A DNA stretch of 63,257 nucleotides, counting the filler, from Octopus bimaculoides (lineage: Eukaryota): NCBI RefSeq assembly GCF_001194135.2. It is 8 parts of 8 records of this genome, joined end to end, with 100 filler letters (N's around TTAATTAATTAA, not from the genome) between each part and the next. Parts side by side here need not be neighbours in the genome. Positions count along the whole stretch, not along the records: positions 1 to 17,881 come from NC_068981.1; positions 17,982 to 34,971 come from NC_068983.1; 6 more parts are not named here. The stretch is one strand, 5' to 3'. A model generated the notes under the pieces. It did no database searches, was not told the DNA's origin, and saw nothing but the letters and a program-made list of their open reading frames with translations. Position numbers and translations under genes: made by a program. The number at the start of each line of letters is the position of its first letter. Positions within the stretch are counted from its first letter, which is position 1. Positions 12,006-25,696 of the stretch are shown here, piece by piece.

Positions 12006-13199
12006 TGAGCCTTTTCCTTGCTTGTTTATGAGAATGGTAAGTTTAGTCATTTTTTCCGTTTTTTTTTGGTGGGGGGGGTGTCTTGAAGTAGAATTGATGC
12101 AGCATTTTTGTATTGTTCAATATTCATAATGGCTATAGAACTTCCCTTATCAACTTCTTTATAACTATTAGATTGTTTTGTTTCTTTTAAGTCGTATGTG
12201 GTTAGTATCCTTACCTCAGTGAACTACGGGATGAATCTCATATTTTGTAGAAAATTAAGAATAGCAGAACTTTTCGATAAAGAAAACATTCACCAATGCA
12301 TTATGCAAAACAAAAGCGATTAGAACCCAACAGAAGGAAGCAAAAAAACACAAGACATATTTTGTAAGGATCTTCCAGTTCCTAAGCTGAATCCAACATT
12401 AGCCGAAGAGAATGGAAAACTATTTCTCTCTTTTCTAACTGTCATAAAATACATTCAATGGAGAAAAGCTTTTTATGTCAATTTCTCGCGCGACTGACGC
12501 ATGACTTTAATACATGAACGTTGACCAATGAATTTGTATGTTATTTGATAGCGGTCTGAGCCATAAATCTACTTCTAAAATAAATGACGTAGCTCCATAT
12601 AATATACACTTTTGAAAATCTATGGTGAAAGCAGTAAAGTGTTTTCCTATATTTAAAAATATGATTAGAATCTAATTAGTTCTACTATGCTCTCAGTACA
12701 TTTTCGACGTGATTTCTTCTATTCCTTCCCTTGTTTAGGATTAATTATAATATATATAAATAAAGCGCTTCCTTTCAAGTTGCTCTGCGATCTTTTCGTC
12801 ATCTGACAGGTGGCACACTGTGCACCTGGACAGGTACTGCCGATTTGATGGAGGGAGTGGGCTTATGTGAACATAAAACATTTGATCACTATAAACAAAT
12901 CAGAGTGTAGTTGTTTAGCAAGAAATTTAATTCTTTATTAGCCACAAGGGCCGACATAGAGGAACAGTACAGGACAGACAAGAACAGTTAGGGGTCTACA
13001 ACAGGGTTGAATGGGCGAATGGAAGAATAAAAAGAAATAAAATAAAAATTAGACATGGTATAAGGATGAGAGAAGATGAAATGTTGAGCGTGAAGACCCT
13101 ACAAGCCACGACCCAGCACTACTCTCACGCAGGAGACTACGGTTATACGTTCAAGTTGGCCACATTCATGCTCGGTGATCGCACCACTTGCATCCATCT

Positions 13200-16100
13200 A
13201 GTCCTGAACTCACGCAGCGGTAACAACTCTCTCCTTAGCCTTATTCTTCTTTTCAGGTGATATGTAAAATAGTTTATTAAACCATGGCCTGCGAGAAAGT
13301 TGCCTGTCTTAATTATTTTCACTCTCGTCAACCACACGGCCTTTTCGTTATAACCACCAAGCAGTGAAAACTTGCCTACCATTCCTGGCCAAAGGAAGGA
13401 AGTGGGACAATCTTGATGACGGAATAAGTTGACAACTGCACTCCTCTCAGACGCAACAGCAGGTATTCTACGTAAATCCATAGATCCGAAATCAACGCAC
13501 ACTGTACGATAGCGTGCAGAACAGTTTCGTTGCTCTGTTCGCATCTCGGACATGTTCGTGTGTCTGCACATCTTGGCCTGAAGTGTTTATCGCGAACAAG
13601 CAGAGCTCCTCGGTAGCACTGCCAGGGCAGGTATTTCTGGTAGTTATCCATGGGCCCCGGTCCAAATGTCCTCCAGAAGAGACTGGTGAATTGACTTTCA
13701 TCGAAACCTAGAGTCTCCCCCAGGACATCGTCGCACTTACCAGCTACCAAGCCTGTATAAAAGTACGAGCTGGAGTCCTCGCTGCTCGCAGTGCCCGTTC
13801 GGCCGAGAAGCGAGAGAGCCAGGCGGCACTCGGCCTGCCAAGCACCCAACCTAGGTCTACGTTTGATCCACGAGTTCAGTTCATTAAATGAGTTGAACTG
13901 TGTGAAGACTACTTTCAGGAAGGGCGACCACACCTGTTTACTGTCTAGGTAGAGCTGGAGATGTCTTAGACTTAGCGTATGTCTGCACATTTTCAGCCAA
14001 GGCATGCCCAGCCCTCCATTTAGTGTTAGTTGACAGCAAGTAGAGCGTCTGACCAGTGGACCTCTGTCTCTCCACAAAAAGCGGAAAAGTAGGCGCTCCA
14101 GCGTGAACAGACACGAATCTGGGCAACGCCTGACGGTTAAGCAGGAAGTGATTACGGATGCAATAAATACATTCGCTACCTCAACCCTCCCTTTCAGGGA
14201 AAGTTTCCACTCGGCCCATTTCTGGGTGAGATTGGCCACCCTGCTCGTAACCTCATCCCAGTTTCTCTCTATTTGGAGATCCAGGCCGAACCAGCTCCAA
14301 GCAATTTCACCGGGCCATGTGTCCAATCTCCAACGACATTGATAGGTAGCATCGGCCTGCCTCTTCAGGTGCTGAGCTGGAGGCCGACCGACTTATCACG
14401 GTATATTTTTGCCCTTGATACCTCTTCGCACTCCTTAATGCATCACCTACTAGATGCAGGTGTCTGTTACTGGATACGATGACGGTGGTGTCGTCCGCAT
14501 ACGATGCTACTGTCCTTCTGCACCCCAGATTACGCGGGACGTTCCTCAAGATCTCCAATTTCTGTAGTAATGGCTCGAGGGACAGAACATGCAGAAGGGA
14601 GGATAGCATACATTCTTATCGGACCGAACGCACAATGCTGAACGGCTCTGAAAGATGACCGCTCATCCGAACTATCAATTTAATGTTGCCGTTTAAGGCG
14701 GTGATCCAACCGCGGAAGTCCGGGCCAAACCAGGCCGCTTCGAGGACTGCCGCTAGATAGCGATGGTCCACCCTACCGAATACTTTAGACTGATCTAAAT
14801 GTATCAGTATCCCTCCCATGCTAGGATTGTTAACCATTCTGTCTATGGTGTAGTGTACGAAGCGGAGGTTGTCGTGGATCGTTCTGGATGGGATGATGCA
14901 CGTTTGCGCCCTCCCAACCAGTTTCTCGACGACAAGAATCAACCTCTTTCCTAGCACCTTGGCCAAAATATTCAGCTGTGCATGAAGCAAATTGATGGAC
15001 CTAAAGTTATCTATAACTTCCGCCTTGTTTGGGTCCTTTCTTAGCAGCATCACTGCTCCTAGGCTCACAGAACTAGGAATGAGCCCATTCTGTTGCCAGT
15101 TGGCGTAGATATTTGCCAGTAGGTTCGCAAACAAGTCTGGCATATTACAATAGAACTCATAGGGCAGACCATCTAGACCCGGCGACATGCCCCCAATGCA
15201 GTCCAATAGGGCCTCTTCTACCTCCATAGATGTGATCGGCCTTTCACAGCACTCCACCTCCTGCGCTGAAAGTTGCGTCATACCATCTAAGAAGTCCGAG
15301 GAGTCCATCTCGCAATCCGGCCTACCACTCGTCTCGAACAGCTGTGTGAATTGCTGGTGAAGGACCTTACAAATTTTGTCGGGCACGTCAACCGTGCATC
15401 CATTTTTGTCAACCGAAGACCATATGGTGGCTTTATTGCGACGTTGGGTCTCTAATACGCGAGCCCATCAGGCGACATTGATTCCCTCTTGTCTCATCGC
15501 TCGTAACTTAACTCTGACAATACAACCTTCGTGCTTGGCATAGAGGTGTTGTTCTAGGGCAAATCTCGCTGCCAACACGTTAGAAGAATTGCAAGATTTT
15601 AGAGCCTCTCCTAGAGTGCTAAGTCCCTTTCTATTCTATTTTTTCTAATGCTAAAACTTCGCTATATTTACCTGCCTCAAATTTAATGTCTCTTTTTAGG
15701 GCGTACCGCCAGTTGTTATTGCTAACGGCTCTTGTTAACGCCCTTTTCACTAATTCTCTAATCAGGTCACTTTAGGCTTTGCATGCCAGGGGTGACGTGT
15801 TTAGCTTCCAGTAACCGGGGCCCTGTCTACAAAATCTATCTCAGTCAAGCTTACAGATCACAAACTTGTGATCCGTATAGCTGACGATCTGGAAATGTGG
15901 ACAACTAAGGCTAGATTTGTCAATTAACGTAATGAATACGCCATCTAAGTAGGATCTGGGAGACCCAGAGCTGTTGGTCCATGTCTCCATAGGAGCATTC
16001 GTGTGATCCATTATAAACCTATTAGCCACTTGAAAGTGACTGAGCAGTGTAGTGAGGTAAGTATTACCTTTTCCATTTGGAGTTCAGCCAACACAATCCC

Positions 16101-16540
16101 AGCACAATTCACACGTGCATCTAGGATTGTGTTAAAGTTACCAACTAACACTAACTTGCGAGACGTCCCAAAGAAAGCTTCTAGACGTTTGAAGTAGTTG
16201 GATTGCCCCATGTCGTTTGGGGCATAAACTTCAGCCAGTGTGAAGGCGCTGCCACTGCTATGTATCGCGTCCACGACGACCAACTTTTCTTCTGGGTCCA
16301 TAAAGATTGTCTTGATTTCTGAATACAGGCGTTTCCGGAATAAAACCACAATACCTCCGCGTCCTCTAGGCTGCCTTGGAAATATGTAGATCATATAACC
16401 ATCGAAAAGGGAAAAAAACCTTGTGACCCGGTCAGCCGGCTTTTACTCTGACTTCCTACTGAGATATCGTTTAGCAAGCGCGCTTGCTTCCAATACGAAA
16501 GGTGATATTCAAGGATTTTCGTTTATGTGTTTTGTTAATT
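13200..16540 (-). pseudogene. Tx1/L1 ORF2 (APE endonuclease + reverse transcriptase + zinc finger), frameshifted
   Basis: Motifs RGGIVVLFRK, VYAPND, GNFNTILD, YTDHKFV (EN); SPGLDGLPYEFY, NFRSINLL, DQSKVFGRVDH, LEPLL, YADDT (RT); CPRCEQSNETVLHAIVQC. Several stops and frameshifts. Confidence 0.9.
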
Positions 16541-16599
16541 GTTTGTTCTTTCTGTTGATTGCCGTGATGTTGATGACAGATTCTGGAGTATGAGGTTCA

Positions 16600-17771
16600 G
16601 GTGTGTGTGTGGGTGTGTGCTTGTATTGTGATGTGTGTCTGTGTGGTGGAAGGGGTTCGAGGAAAAGTTTTTCTTTTCCTTCTTTGTTTTTAGCTACCTA
16701 TTCCCATTCCTGATCTGTTGTGGTGTTGTCTTGCCTTTTTGTGGTAGTGACTGTGCTGGATGTTGTGGGGTTTTGCTTGATGGTGCTATCCGTCGGGGTG
16801 TTACATATTTTAGTCTCTGATGCGGGGTTTATTGGTGGTATTGGTTTGGTGTTGGATTCCTTGGCCAGGTGTTTTGGGGGCACGTCTGGTGAAGGGTGGC
16901 CCGTTTCTGGGTTATCTAAATCTCAAGATCTTCTAATGTGGCCCTTTTGAACACAGTTGTAACATCTGTGCCATCGACCCTCCACCATGACTCGAAGGGC
17001 TCTGCCATCTGGTAACTTTATTAAGTCGGGAATAATTTCGAGGTCCTGTTGTGTGACCCGTATTATTATTTCGAGGCCTTGGCCCCACCAGTTTTGTTGG
17101 TGCAGTTTCGTGACCTGCAGTATGGAAACGCTATCTTCCAAATCCAGCAACACAGTGGCCACGAGCCAAACCGCGGCAATTTTAGATGTGCGTTTACCCA
17201 TATAAGTGGGCAGTAGCACCAGTTCGTTGGTTTTCAAAGGCACTGTGGAGTGTTCATTTGCTTCTTCTTCGGAAGCGAACCTTACCTCCACAGTGCCGTA
17301 TATTTTACCTCTTGCTACGTATTCGGTATCGCCCTAAATGGGCTGCAGGCATTTTTCTATGGTTTCCTTTAGGATATGCTCAACTTTTATCGTTTTTAGT
17401 GAAAGAGTTCTAAATATTATTGTTTTCGTGGCAGTTTATTGCATTATCTCTCCAGGTGGGGTTACATTTATATTATTCCCTTCACGCTTTGCTAAGTTTT
17501 TATATTTATCTAGGTCAAGTTGATTAATTTTCAGGTTTTTCTGGTTTATAGTTGGCACCGACGCGAACCCACGTCGGTTTGGTTTGCTCAATTCATTTTC
17601 ATTGTCAGTAAATTCTTTTTTATTGTTGTACTTTTGGGTTCCTTTGTAGCATTTGACGTATACTTTGGGGTTTTTTTCTGTGTTTACTTCCCCCTGTTCG
17701 CGACAGAGAAGAGCTGGAAACATTTCTTGACACATCTCGTCAAGTTTGCTGATACTGAGGTGCGTTGTCAT
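16600..17771 (-). pseudogene. Tx1/L1 ORF1 (nucleic-acid-binding, CCHC knuckle), disrupted
   Basis: Segments VEVRFASEEEA...LPTYMGKR and EGRWHRCYNCVQKGHIRRS (Cx2Cx4H); homologous to the ORF1 pieces at 42480 and 43194. Confidence 0.8.
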
Positions 17772-17881
17772 TGATTTGGCTGGAAGCTAAAATTTCAAAA
17801 ATATGTAAATAAATTACACGAGAAAAAGTTGCAAAAATATTCAATTTGCCCTTACATGGGGAAATTCTAGACTCGATACTT

Positions 17882-17981
17882 NNNNNNNNNNNNNNNNNNN
17901 NNNNNNNNNNNNNNNNNNNNNNNNNTTAATTAATTAANNNNNNNNNNNNNNNNNNNNNNNNNNNNNNNNNNNNNNNNNNNN
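17882..17981. other. Artificial scaffold linker N44-TTAATTAATTAA-N44, also centred at 35016, 41478, 54318, 56369, 58534 and 61772
   Basis: The same 12-mer, with stops in all six frames, sits in the centre of a 100-bp gap seven times. Confidence 0.95.
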
Positions 17982-18286
17982 CAAAGACCTGGAAATAGAG
18001 GTAACTCGAATGTGGAATCTAAAAACAGAAACAATTCCTATCATAGTAGGTGCCTTAGGTATAATAAAAAAATATTCAGACAAATACATAACAAAAACAC
18101 CAGGACTTACAAATATATATAACATACAGAAAATTGCACTACTGGGCACAGCACACATCCTACGCAAAACACTTTCAATACAGTAACTATAAGAGCATCA
18201 CAGCAAACCACAGCACATACCCAAGGCGCACAGAGCTGCGCTCGGTAGTGAAGTGAAAGCACGTTATAAAAATAAAACTACTGAAC

Positions 18287-18339
<53 letters not shown>
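17982..18339 (+). mobile_element. R4/Dong-type (RLE) non-LTR retrotransposon 3' end with (TAA)n tail
   Basis: Uninterrupted 67 codons KDLEIEVTRMWNLKTETIPIIVGALG...QKIALLGTAHILRKTLSIQ* (stop 18184-18186), short 3' UTR, (TAA)n at about 18289-18339. Confidence 0.85.
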
Positions 18340-18340
<1 letters not shown>

Positions 18341-18759
18341 TTCTATTTTGGCTGTTAGGGGGACTGTTAGTTGATACCCCACCTCTACTTGACTCGTACT
18401 CTATTTCATCGATTCAGAAAGTAAAAAGAAAGAAACAAAAAATATGAAGAAAGAAAAAAATAGTACCAAAATGCAACTACAGGAAATAAAGACAAAAATA
18501 GTGGATAGAAAATACTTCGGGAAGGTCAGTATCGTGCCATATTGGATAAATACGAACTAAATCAATATGAAAATGTTCAGGAAGTGTTAGAAAGAAAATT
18601 AAATGAAAGACAGCCAGCTATGTAGCATACAGAATGCATACACATTGTCAATAGGCCAGTTACTGCAATGTTCGCGCTGAGAGCAAGCCCATAAGAGATA
18701 GGATAAATACTGCAGTTTTGGCCTTTCGACAGTGTGCAAAAATTAATTATGTTATGTCC

Positions 18760-19084
18760 TGGCTTTCTGTCAGCTACGATAACAAGTGTCCCAGTGGATT
18801 CGATTCGATCAACGGAACAGCCTACTCATGAAATTAACGTGCAAGTGGCTGAACACTCCATAGACATGCGTCCTCTTAACGTAGTGCTCAGGGAGACTCG
18901 GCATGAAACAATGTGACAAGACTGGCTCTTTGAATTGGAAGCACAGCTCATTTTTGCTAGCTGAGTAGACTGGAGCGGCGAGGAATAAAGTATCTTGCTC
19001 AAGTGCACAATGCGCAGCGGGAATCGAATTCACGACCTTAAGATCATGAGGCGATTCCCATTTACCACTAAGCCACGTGCCTTC
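18760..19084 (-). mobile_element. tRNA-derived SINE, head B (CORE-like) + tail X
   Basis: Reverse complement: gaaggcacgtggcttagtgg...gaattcgattccc...cttgagcaagatac...ctccagtctactcagctagcaaaaatgag, then tail X (aattcaaagagccagtcttgtcac...). Confidence 0.85.
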
Positions 19085-19540
19085 TTAAGTATGCTATATA
19101 GATGGCTATTTTAATTAAAAACTGCCTCAATTGTGTATACTGGATTTTTAAATGAAAGAAATTATTAGTAGTGATCAAAATATGGACGATACCACTAATA
19201 AAATATTCTAGAGGTTTCCTTTAGTGGACGAAATATAAATTGGATTAAATATATAGTCACACCATAAAAGCTATTAACAACGTAAAATAGATTACAACCA
19301 AGAAAGTAGTGTTAGTATACCTTTATATATTAAGAAAAGAAGACTATAACAGAACATTATTCAGTGTAGCAGTTAGAATATACTTCGTAGTTACAAGACT
19401 AAAGTCATATGCTAGGAAAATTGATGGAAATATTATATGAATAGCTAAAAAGATTAATAGTGAATGCACAGAAGATAATTATTAAAAAAGAAAGAAAAAG
19501 TTGAAAACTTAAAACAAAAAATGATGTTTGTTTAGTTTAT

Positions 19541-19542
<2 letters not shown>

Positions 19543-19627
<85 letters not shown>

Positions 19628-19634
19628 GAGAGAG
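19543..19634. repeat. (GA)n microsatellite
   Basis: About 45 GA units, seen directly. Confidence 0.95.
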
Positions 19635-20069
19635 ACATGTCAGAAGAATGTGAATAGGTATCTTTATCGAATCACCAGTGATGTAGTGGTGACTGCTGGT
19701 GACCTCCATTGATCAATGGTGAATTTTAAAAAAATGATCAGTAAACATACTGACATGATTTACCATTACAAACTCAGAAAAGAAAGGTAAGCACACATTA
19801 TTCATTGTTTTATGTTTAGAAGTTCAAGTGAAGAGCAATCTACAGCATGGTGTTTGTATGCAATAAAAGGTAACTCTACGGATTTCTGTTCAATTCCTAT
19901 CTCCAGTTTCACTCACAATAAATGAGTGGGTTAAATAACATACTAGCAGTGAATTGAAAGTCTGCATGAAACCCAGATGGCCATTAAGGCGGAGATTATC
20001 CCGATTTACAAAACGTTTAAGCGACTAATAGTGTAGAATTTCCAGTTCTACGGACGCAGTGCCAAATAC

Positions 20070-20203
20070 TTGTTTTCAGCTGAGTAGACTGAAGCAGCAT
20101 GAAATTAATTGCCCTGCTCAAGGACAAAACAAACCACACGGTCTGTCAATCGAACTCACCATTTTACAATGGTGAGCCCAACACCCTAAGGACTAGACCA
20201 TGT
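20070..20203 (-). mobile_element. Decayed CORE-like SINE (head B)
   Basis: cagctgagtagactgaagcagcatgaaatt...tgctcaaggac...atcgaactcacc matches the head B body in reverse. Confidence 0.6.
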
Positions 20204-20703
20204 AATTGTGAAGCTAATTGTTAACTTTGCAGACGTGTCTGACCTTCATGGAAGTCTTTTAAAGATAATTTTCTCATGAATCACGTTATACGTTTTTTTC
20301 GTGAGAAAAACGCATATAATGAAATATATCGATAAAAAAGAACTTAATGCCTTCAGCAGATTTTGAAATTATAAAGCAATAACTGGTAGTGCAATTCCTT
20401 AACCGTACAGCTACATCATTCCTCACTTACTGTCTGTCATAACTGGCAGTGCATTGCAAAAATGGCAAAGTAGTGTCTTTTTTACTCTAAGACAGAACTA
20501 TTAACTGTCTAGTATTGAATCATCACGCTGTCTGGAGGGATATGCCACCATTATCTTCCTTACTTTTTGTTATTATTATAAAAAAAAACACACACATACA
20601 CACAAACAAACACAGTTTGACGTGTTTCGCGCTGTTCTGAGGTTAGAAGGAATTTTGCGTCAAGAAAAACAATAAGAACAACAACAAAACGAACAGTTGC
20701 AAT

Positions 20704-20750
<47 letters not shown>

Positions 20751-21480
20751 TAGTAATAATGATAATAGTAGTAGTAGTAATAATAATAATAAACACCAAT
20801 ATATATGTATATGTATATATATATAATATGTGTATGTGTGTGTATGTACATATATATACACACACATACGTATGGGTGCAGGGGAGGATGAGGTGTGGTG
20901 GGTAAGTTCATGTGTGTTTGTCTTCCTAACGAAACAAAATTAATAAAGAAAATAACAACGTCGAATGAACAGACAGACAACAAAGGAGAAAAATAAATCT
21001 ATTAAGAAATANNNNNNNNNNNNNNNNNNNNNNNNNNNNNNNNNNNNNNNNNNNNNNNNNNNNNNNNNNNNNNNNNNNNNNNNNNNNNNNNNNNNNNNNN
21101 NNNNNNNNNNNNNNNNNNNNNNNNNNNNNNNNNNNNNNNNNNNNNNNNNNNNNNNNNNNNNNNNNNNNNNNNNNNNNNNNNNNNNNNNNNNNNNNNNNNN
21201 NNNNNNNNNNNNNNNNNNNNNNNNNNNNNNNNNNNNNNNNNNNNNNNNNNNNNNNNNNNNNNNNNNNNNNNNNNNNNNNNNNNNNNNNNNNNNNNNNNNN
21301 NNNNNNNNNNNNNNNNNNNNNNNNNNNNNNNNNNNNNNNNNNNNNNNNNNNNNNNNNNNNNNNNNNNNNNNNNNNNNNNNNNNNNNNNNNNNNNNNNNNN
21401 NNNNNNNNNNNNNNNNNNNNNNNNNNNNNNNNNNNNNNNNNNNNNNNNNNNNNNNNNNNNNNNNNNNNNNNNNNNNNNNN

Positions 21481-21536
<56 letters not shown>

Positions 21537-21813
21537 GTATATACACGTATATATACACTGTGAATGATATGAGAGGAAAAACAGCAACACACATGCAGAC
21601 ATACATAGATACACATACAGACAGACATTCATACACACACATATATGCTCAGATATACACACGTATTGTCTTCATTATTCATATATACATTAAACATACA
21701 TACATAAATATATTTAGATATATTTACATGTATTTATTTATACATGCTGGCATACATATATATATAGATATGGATACATATATACATTCATACATACTTG
21801 TATACATACATAC

Positions 21814-21844
<31 letters not shown>

Positions 21845-22157
21845 AATACCTACATTCATTCACATATACACACACTCACATACAGAGGCATATATATATG
21901 TGCGCATACTTATATATTTAGATAAATTTATGCAGCGTATGTTATGTATGCATATGTGTATAAGAAACTATATACATGAAACGAAACGTCAAACCTTCTC
22001 CAAGTAACAAAAAAGAATAACAATCAAATAAAACAGCCAAAAGTCAAAAACCTCTACTTAACTACCTCTACCATACATAAACACACATAAACAAGTACAC
22101 ACACGCGCACATACATACACTTACACACACACACAAACACACACACACACGCACACT

Positions 22158-22191
<34 letters not shown>

Positions 22192-23416
22192 CGTATATAT
22201 TAACAGATATTTGGAAATATGGTTCTACACATAAACTCGTATGTGCACACATAAAGCTAAAATAAAGAAACGTTAAATGTAGCTTGACATATCGTCTGCT
22301 ATTCACACAACGAAGTCTTCGGTAGAAACATTTCTTTCCCCACCAAAAAAAAAAGATCACTCTAGCTGCTATGACAAGCCGTCGTATGTGGAACTCCATT
22401 CCACTCAGACCCACAGTAANNNNNNNNNNNNNNNNNNNNNNNNNNNNNNNNNNNNNNNNNNNNNNNNNNNNNNNNNNNNNNNNNNNNNNNNNNNNNNNNN
22501 NNNNNNNNNNNNNNNNNNNNNNNNNNNNNNNNNNNNNNNNNNNNNNNNNNNNNNNNNNNNNNNNNNNNNNNNNNNNNNNNNNNNNNNNNNNNNNNNNNNN
22601 NNNNNNNNNNNNNNNNNNNNNNNNNNNNNNNNNNNNNNNNNNNNNNNNNNNNNNNNNNNNNNNNNNNNNNNNNNNNNNNNNNNNNNNNNNNNNNNNNNNN
22701 NNNNNNNNNNNNNNNNNNNNNNNNNNNNNNNNNNNNNNNNNNNNNNNNNNNNNNNNNNNNNNNNNNNNNNNNNNNNNNNNNNNNNNNNNNNNNNNNNNNN
22801 NNNNNNNNNNNNNNNNNNNNNCACCACCACCACCATCAACAACACTGCAATATCTACTATATTCGCCTTTCTACATTGTTTAATAATAATAATAATAATA
22901 GTAATAATAATAACATAGCTACAAAGCAAAACAAAAAACAAAATTAAAGCCTGCCTTGGTAAAATCGATTTGGAATGTTTGTCCTTGTTTTATCTCATCA
23001 AACTAACATCACAATATTAAATATATATAAAAAAACTAAAACAAACATTTAAGTAGCGGTAGTTTGGATGGCGGTGATGGCGGTGGTGATTATGGTTGTA
23101 AGAGAAAGGTGGAGGAAAATTGAATTATAAATAATAAATTATAAAACGAATAACAATATATGTAGATATATAAATAAATAAAGCTATTAATGAGACGAAA
23201 GACATTAAAATACTTGTTGAAAATATTATGGAGACTGTTTTAAAATAAAGTGAAATACAGCGTTTTTCTTTATATTATTTTATGTATTATTAAAGCATTG
23301 AAAAGCTGCAAGTTCTTAGAAATCGTTAGGTTGTCGGCAAAAATGCATTGCACATTCTGAGTTCAAGTCCAACAAAGGTCATCTTTGTCATTTGTTGTTT
23401 CATACATCATTTAGAG

Positions 23417-23800
23417 TGGAGGCACAATGGCCCAGTGGTTAGGGCAGCGGACTCGCGGTCATAGGATCGCGGTTTCGATTCCCAGATCGGGCGTTGTGAG
23501 TGTTTATTGAGCGAAAACACCTAAAGCTCCACGAGGCTCCGGCAGGGGATGGTGGCGAACCCTGCTGTACTCTTTCGCCACAACTTTCTCTCACTCCTTC
23601 TTCCTGTTTCTGTTGTGCCTGTAATTCAAAGGGTCAGCCTTGTCACACTGTGCCACGCTGAATGTCTCCGAGAACTACGTTAAGGGTACACGTGTGTGTG
23701 GAGTGCTCCGCCACTTGCACGTTAATTTCACGAGTAGGCTGTTCCGTTGATCGGATCAACTGGGACCATCGACGTCGTAAGCGACGGAGTGCCAACAACA
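23417..23800 (+). mobile_element. tRNA-derived SINE, head/body A + tail X, full length
   Basis: A box TGGCCCAGTGG and B box GGTTTCGATTCC; ends gacggagtgccaacaaca; colinear with 1333-1689. Confidence 0.9.
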
Positions 23801-24010
23801 TCCTTCAAAGCTTTCCTCATTTACTCCTTTGAGTGTATACTTCCCCCTTGTTCCTTTTTTTTTAATGGCAATAACTTGGTTAGCTTTCTCATTGATCGCT
23901 TTCGATGAAACTTCTCAGGTAAGGAGAAAGATGATTTATTATGCAGCATTGCTATAGTTTCCTGGCATCAGCCCTATCGTAATTAGAGACTCCCTGTTCG
24001 AAACTATATG

Positions 24011-24265
24011 TGGAGGCGCGTGGCTTAGTGGTTAGGGTGTCAGCATCATGATCGTAAGATTGTAGTTTCGATTCCTGGACCGGGTGACGCGTTGAGTTCT
24101 TGAGTAAAACACTTCATTTCACGTTGCTCCAGTTCCACTCAGCTGGCAAAAATGAGTAACGCTGCGATGGACTGGCGTCCCGTCCAGCTGGGGAACACAT
24201 ACGCCATTGAAACCGGGAAACCGGGCCCAAGAGCCTGGCTAGGCTTTAAAAAGGGCACATTTATT
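24011..24265 (+). mobile_element. tRNA-derived SINE, head B (CORE-like) + tail Y
   Basis: tggaggcgcgtggcttagtgg, B box gtttcgattcc, CORE-like body, then ctgcgatggactggcgtcccgtccag...gaaaccggg. Confidence 0.85.
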
Positions 24266-24793
24266 ATTTTCTTTTGTTCGAAACTATACGGACAAAAGTT
24301 TATTTTCTTATACAAATGTTTTTTTCCTTGNNNNNNNNNNNNNNNNNNNNNNNNNNNNNNNNNNNNNNNNNNNNNNNNNNNNNNNNNNNNNNNNNNNNNN
24401 NNNNNNNNNNNNNNNNNNNNNNNNNNNNNNNNNNNNNNNNNNNNNNNNNNNNNNNNNNNNNNNNNNNNNNNNNNNNNNNNNNNNNNNNNNNNNNNNNNNN
24501 NNNNNNNNNNNNNNNNNNNNNNNNNNNNNNNNNNNNNNNNNNNNNNNNNNNNNNNNNNNNNNNNNNNNNNNNNNNNNNNNNNNNNNNNNNNNNNNNNNNN
24601 NNNNNNNNNNNNNNNNNNNNNNNNNNNNNNNNNNNNNNNNNNNNNNNNNNNNNNNNNNNNNNNNNNNNNNNNNNNNNNNNNNNNNNNNNNNNNNNNNNNN
24701 NNNNNNNNNNNNNNNNNNNNNNNNNNNNNNNNNNNNNNNNNNNNNNNNNNNNNNNNNNNNNNNNNNNNNNNNNNNNNNNNNNNNNNNNNNNNN

Positions 24794-24890
24794 CTTCTAC
24801 CTTCTCTTCCTCCTCCTCCCTTCTCTTCCTCCTCCTCCCTTCTCTTCCTCCTCCCTTCTCTTCCTCCTCCCTTCTCTTCTTCCCCCCCAT
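24794..24890. repeat. Polypyrimidine minisatellite (TCTCTTCCTCCTC[CTC]CCT)n
   Basis: About 5 units of 16-19 nt next to a gap. Confidence 0.8.
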
Positions 24891-24954
24891 ATTTAGTAGT
24901 CCAAAAAAAGTCCTTTGATTCAGACAGAAACAGATAAGGAGAGCAACAACAACG

Positions 24955-24987
<33 letters not shown>

Positions 24988-25663
24988 TCATCAACATCAA
25001 CATCGTCATCATTATCAACATCAACAAATTATTTTCATTAATATCCTTCCAATAGATATCTTTGTGTAAAATGAGGTGGTATTTTATTTAATGAATTCCC
25101 TATATTTCAAATCTATTTATTACTTCAATATCAACTTCACATAAGTATATTTGCCTAAATATGGGGTATGTGAAATATATTAATGTGTGTATTGTGTGTT
25201 TTTGTCAGTTATTTAAACGTTCGTAATTGAAATGCCTTGATGAAAATATTTTAAAAGACTCTATTCAGTGTGATTGTCCATACTGCTGAATTTCATTGTT
25301 ACAGACCAGTCATTTCTATTCACAAGAATACTATTCTGGCGATTCTATGTGAAAAACTACACAAGAGCCTCTCTAATAAGAAGATTTAAATACTCAATGA
25401 ATTTACTGCAGGATATATATGTAAGTATGTATGTTTTTGTAAGTTGTTAACTAGGTGGGTGTGTGGAAATATATGTGTTTATATGTATGTATTACGCAGT
25501 CATGTATGTGATACATACATCTGTATGTATGCGTGTTTGTATTCATGTATGTATATATGGGCTTATGTAATTAGCCTAGTGGGTATATATGTATATGATT
25601 TTATGTATGCATTATGTATTCATGTATGAACGTACGTCATATTTATGTATGTATATATGTATG

Positions 25664-25696
<33 letters not shown>

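Larger units (their letters stand above)
12933..17880 (-). mobile_element. Near full-length decayed Tx1/L1-clade LINE
   Basis: ORF1 with a CCHC knuckle, then ORF2 with APE endonuclease, RT and a C-terminal zinc finger. The 3' end reads cccttgtggctAATAAAgaa. The 5' end lies at a scaffold linker. Confidence 0.92.

Noticed and set aside
17926-17937. Recurrent TTAATTAATTAA as a homeodomain site or biological repeat
   Set aside because: It is always centred in an exact 100-bp gap, so it is a synthetic linker.
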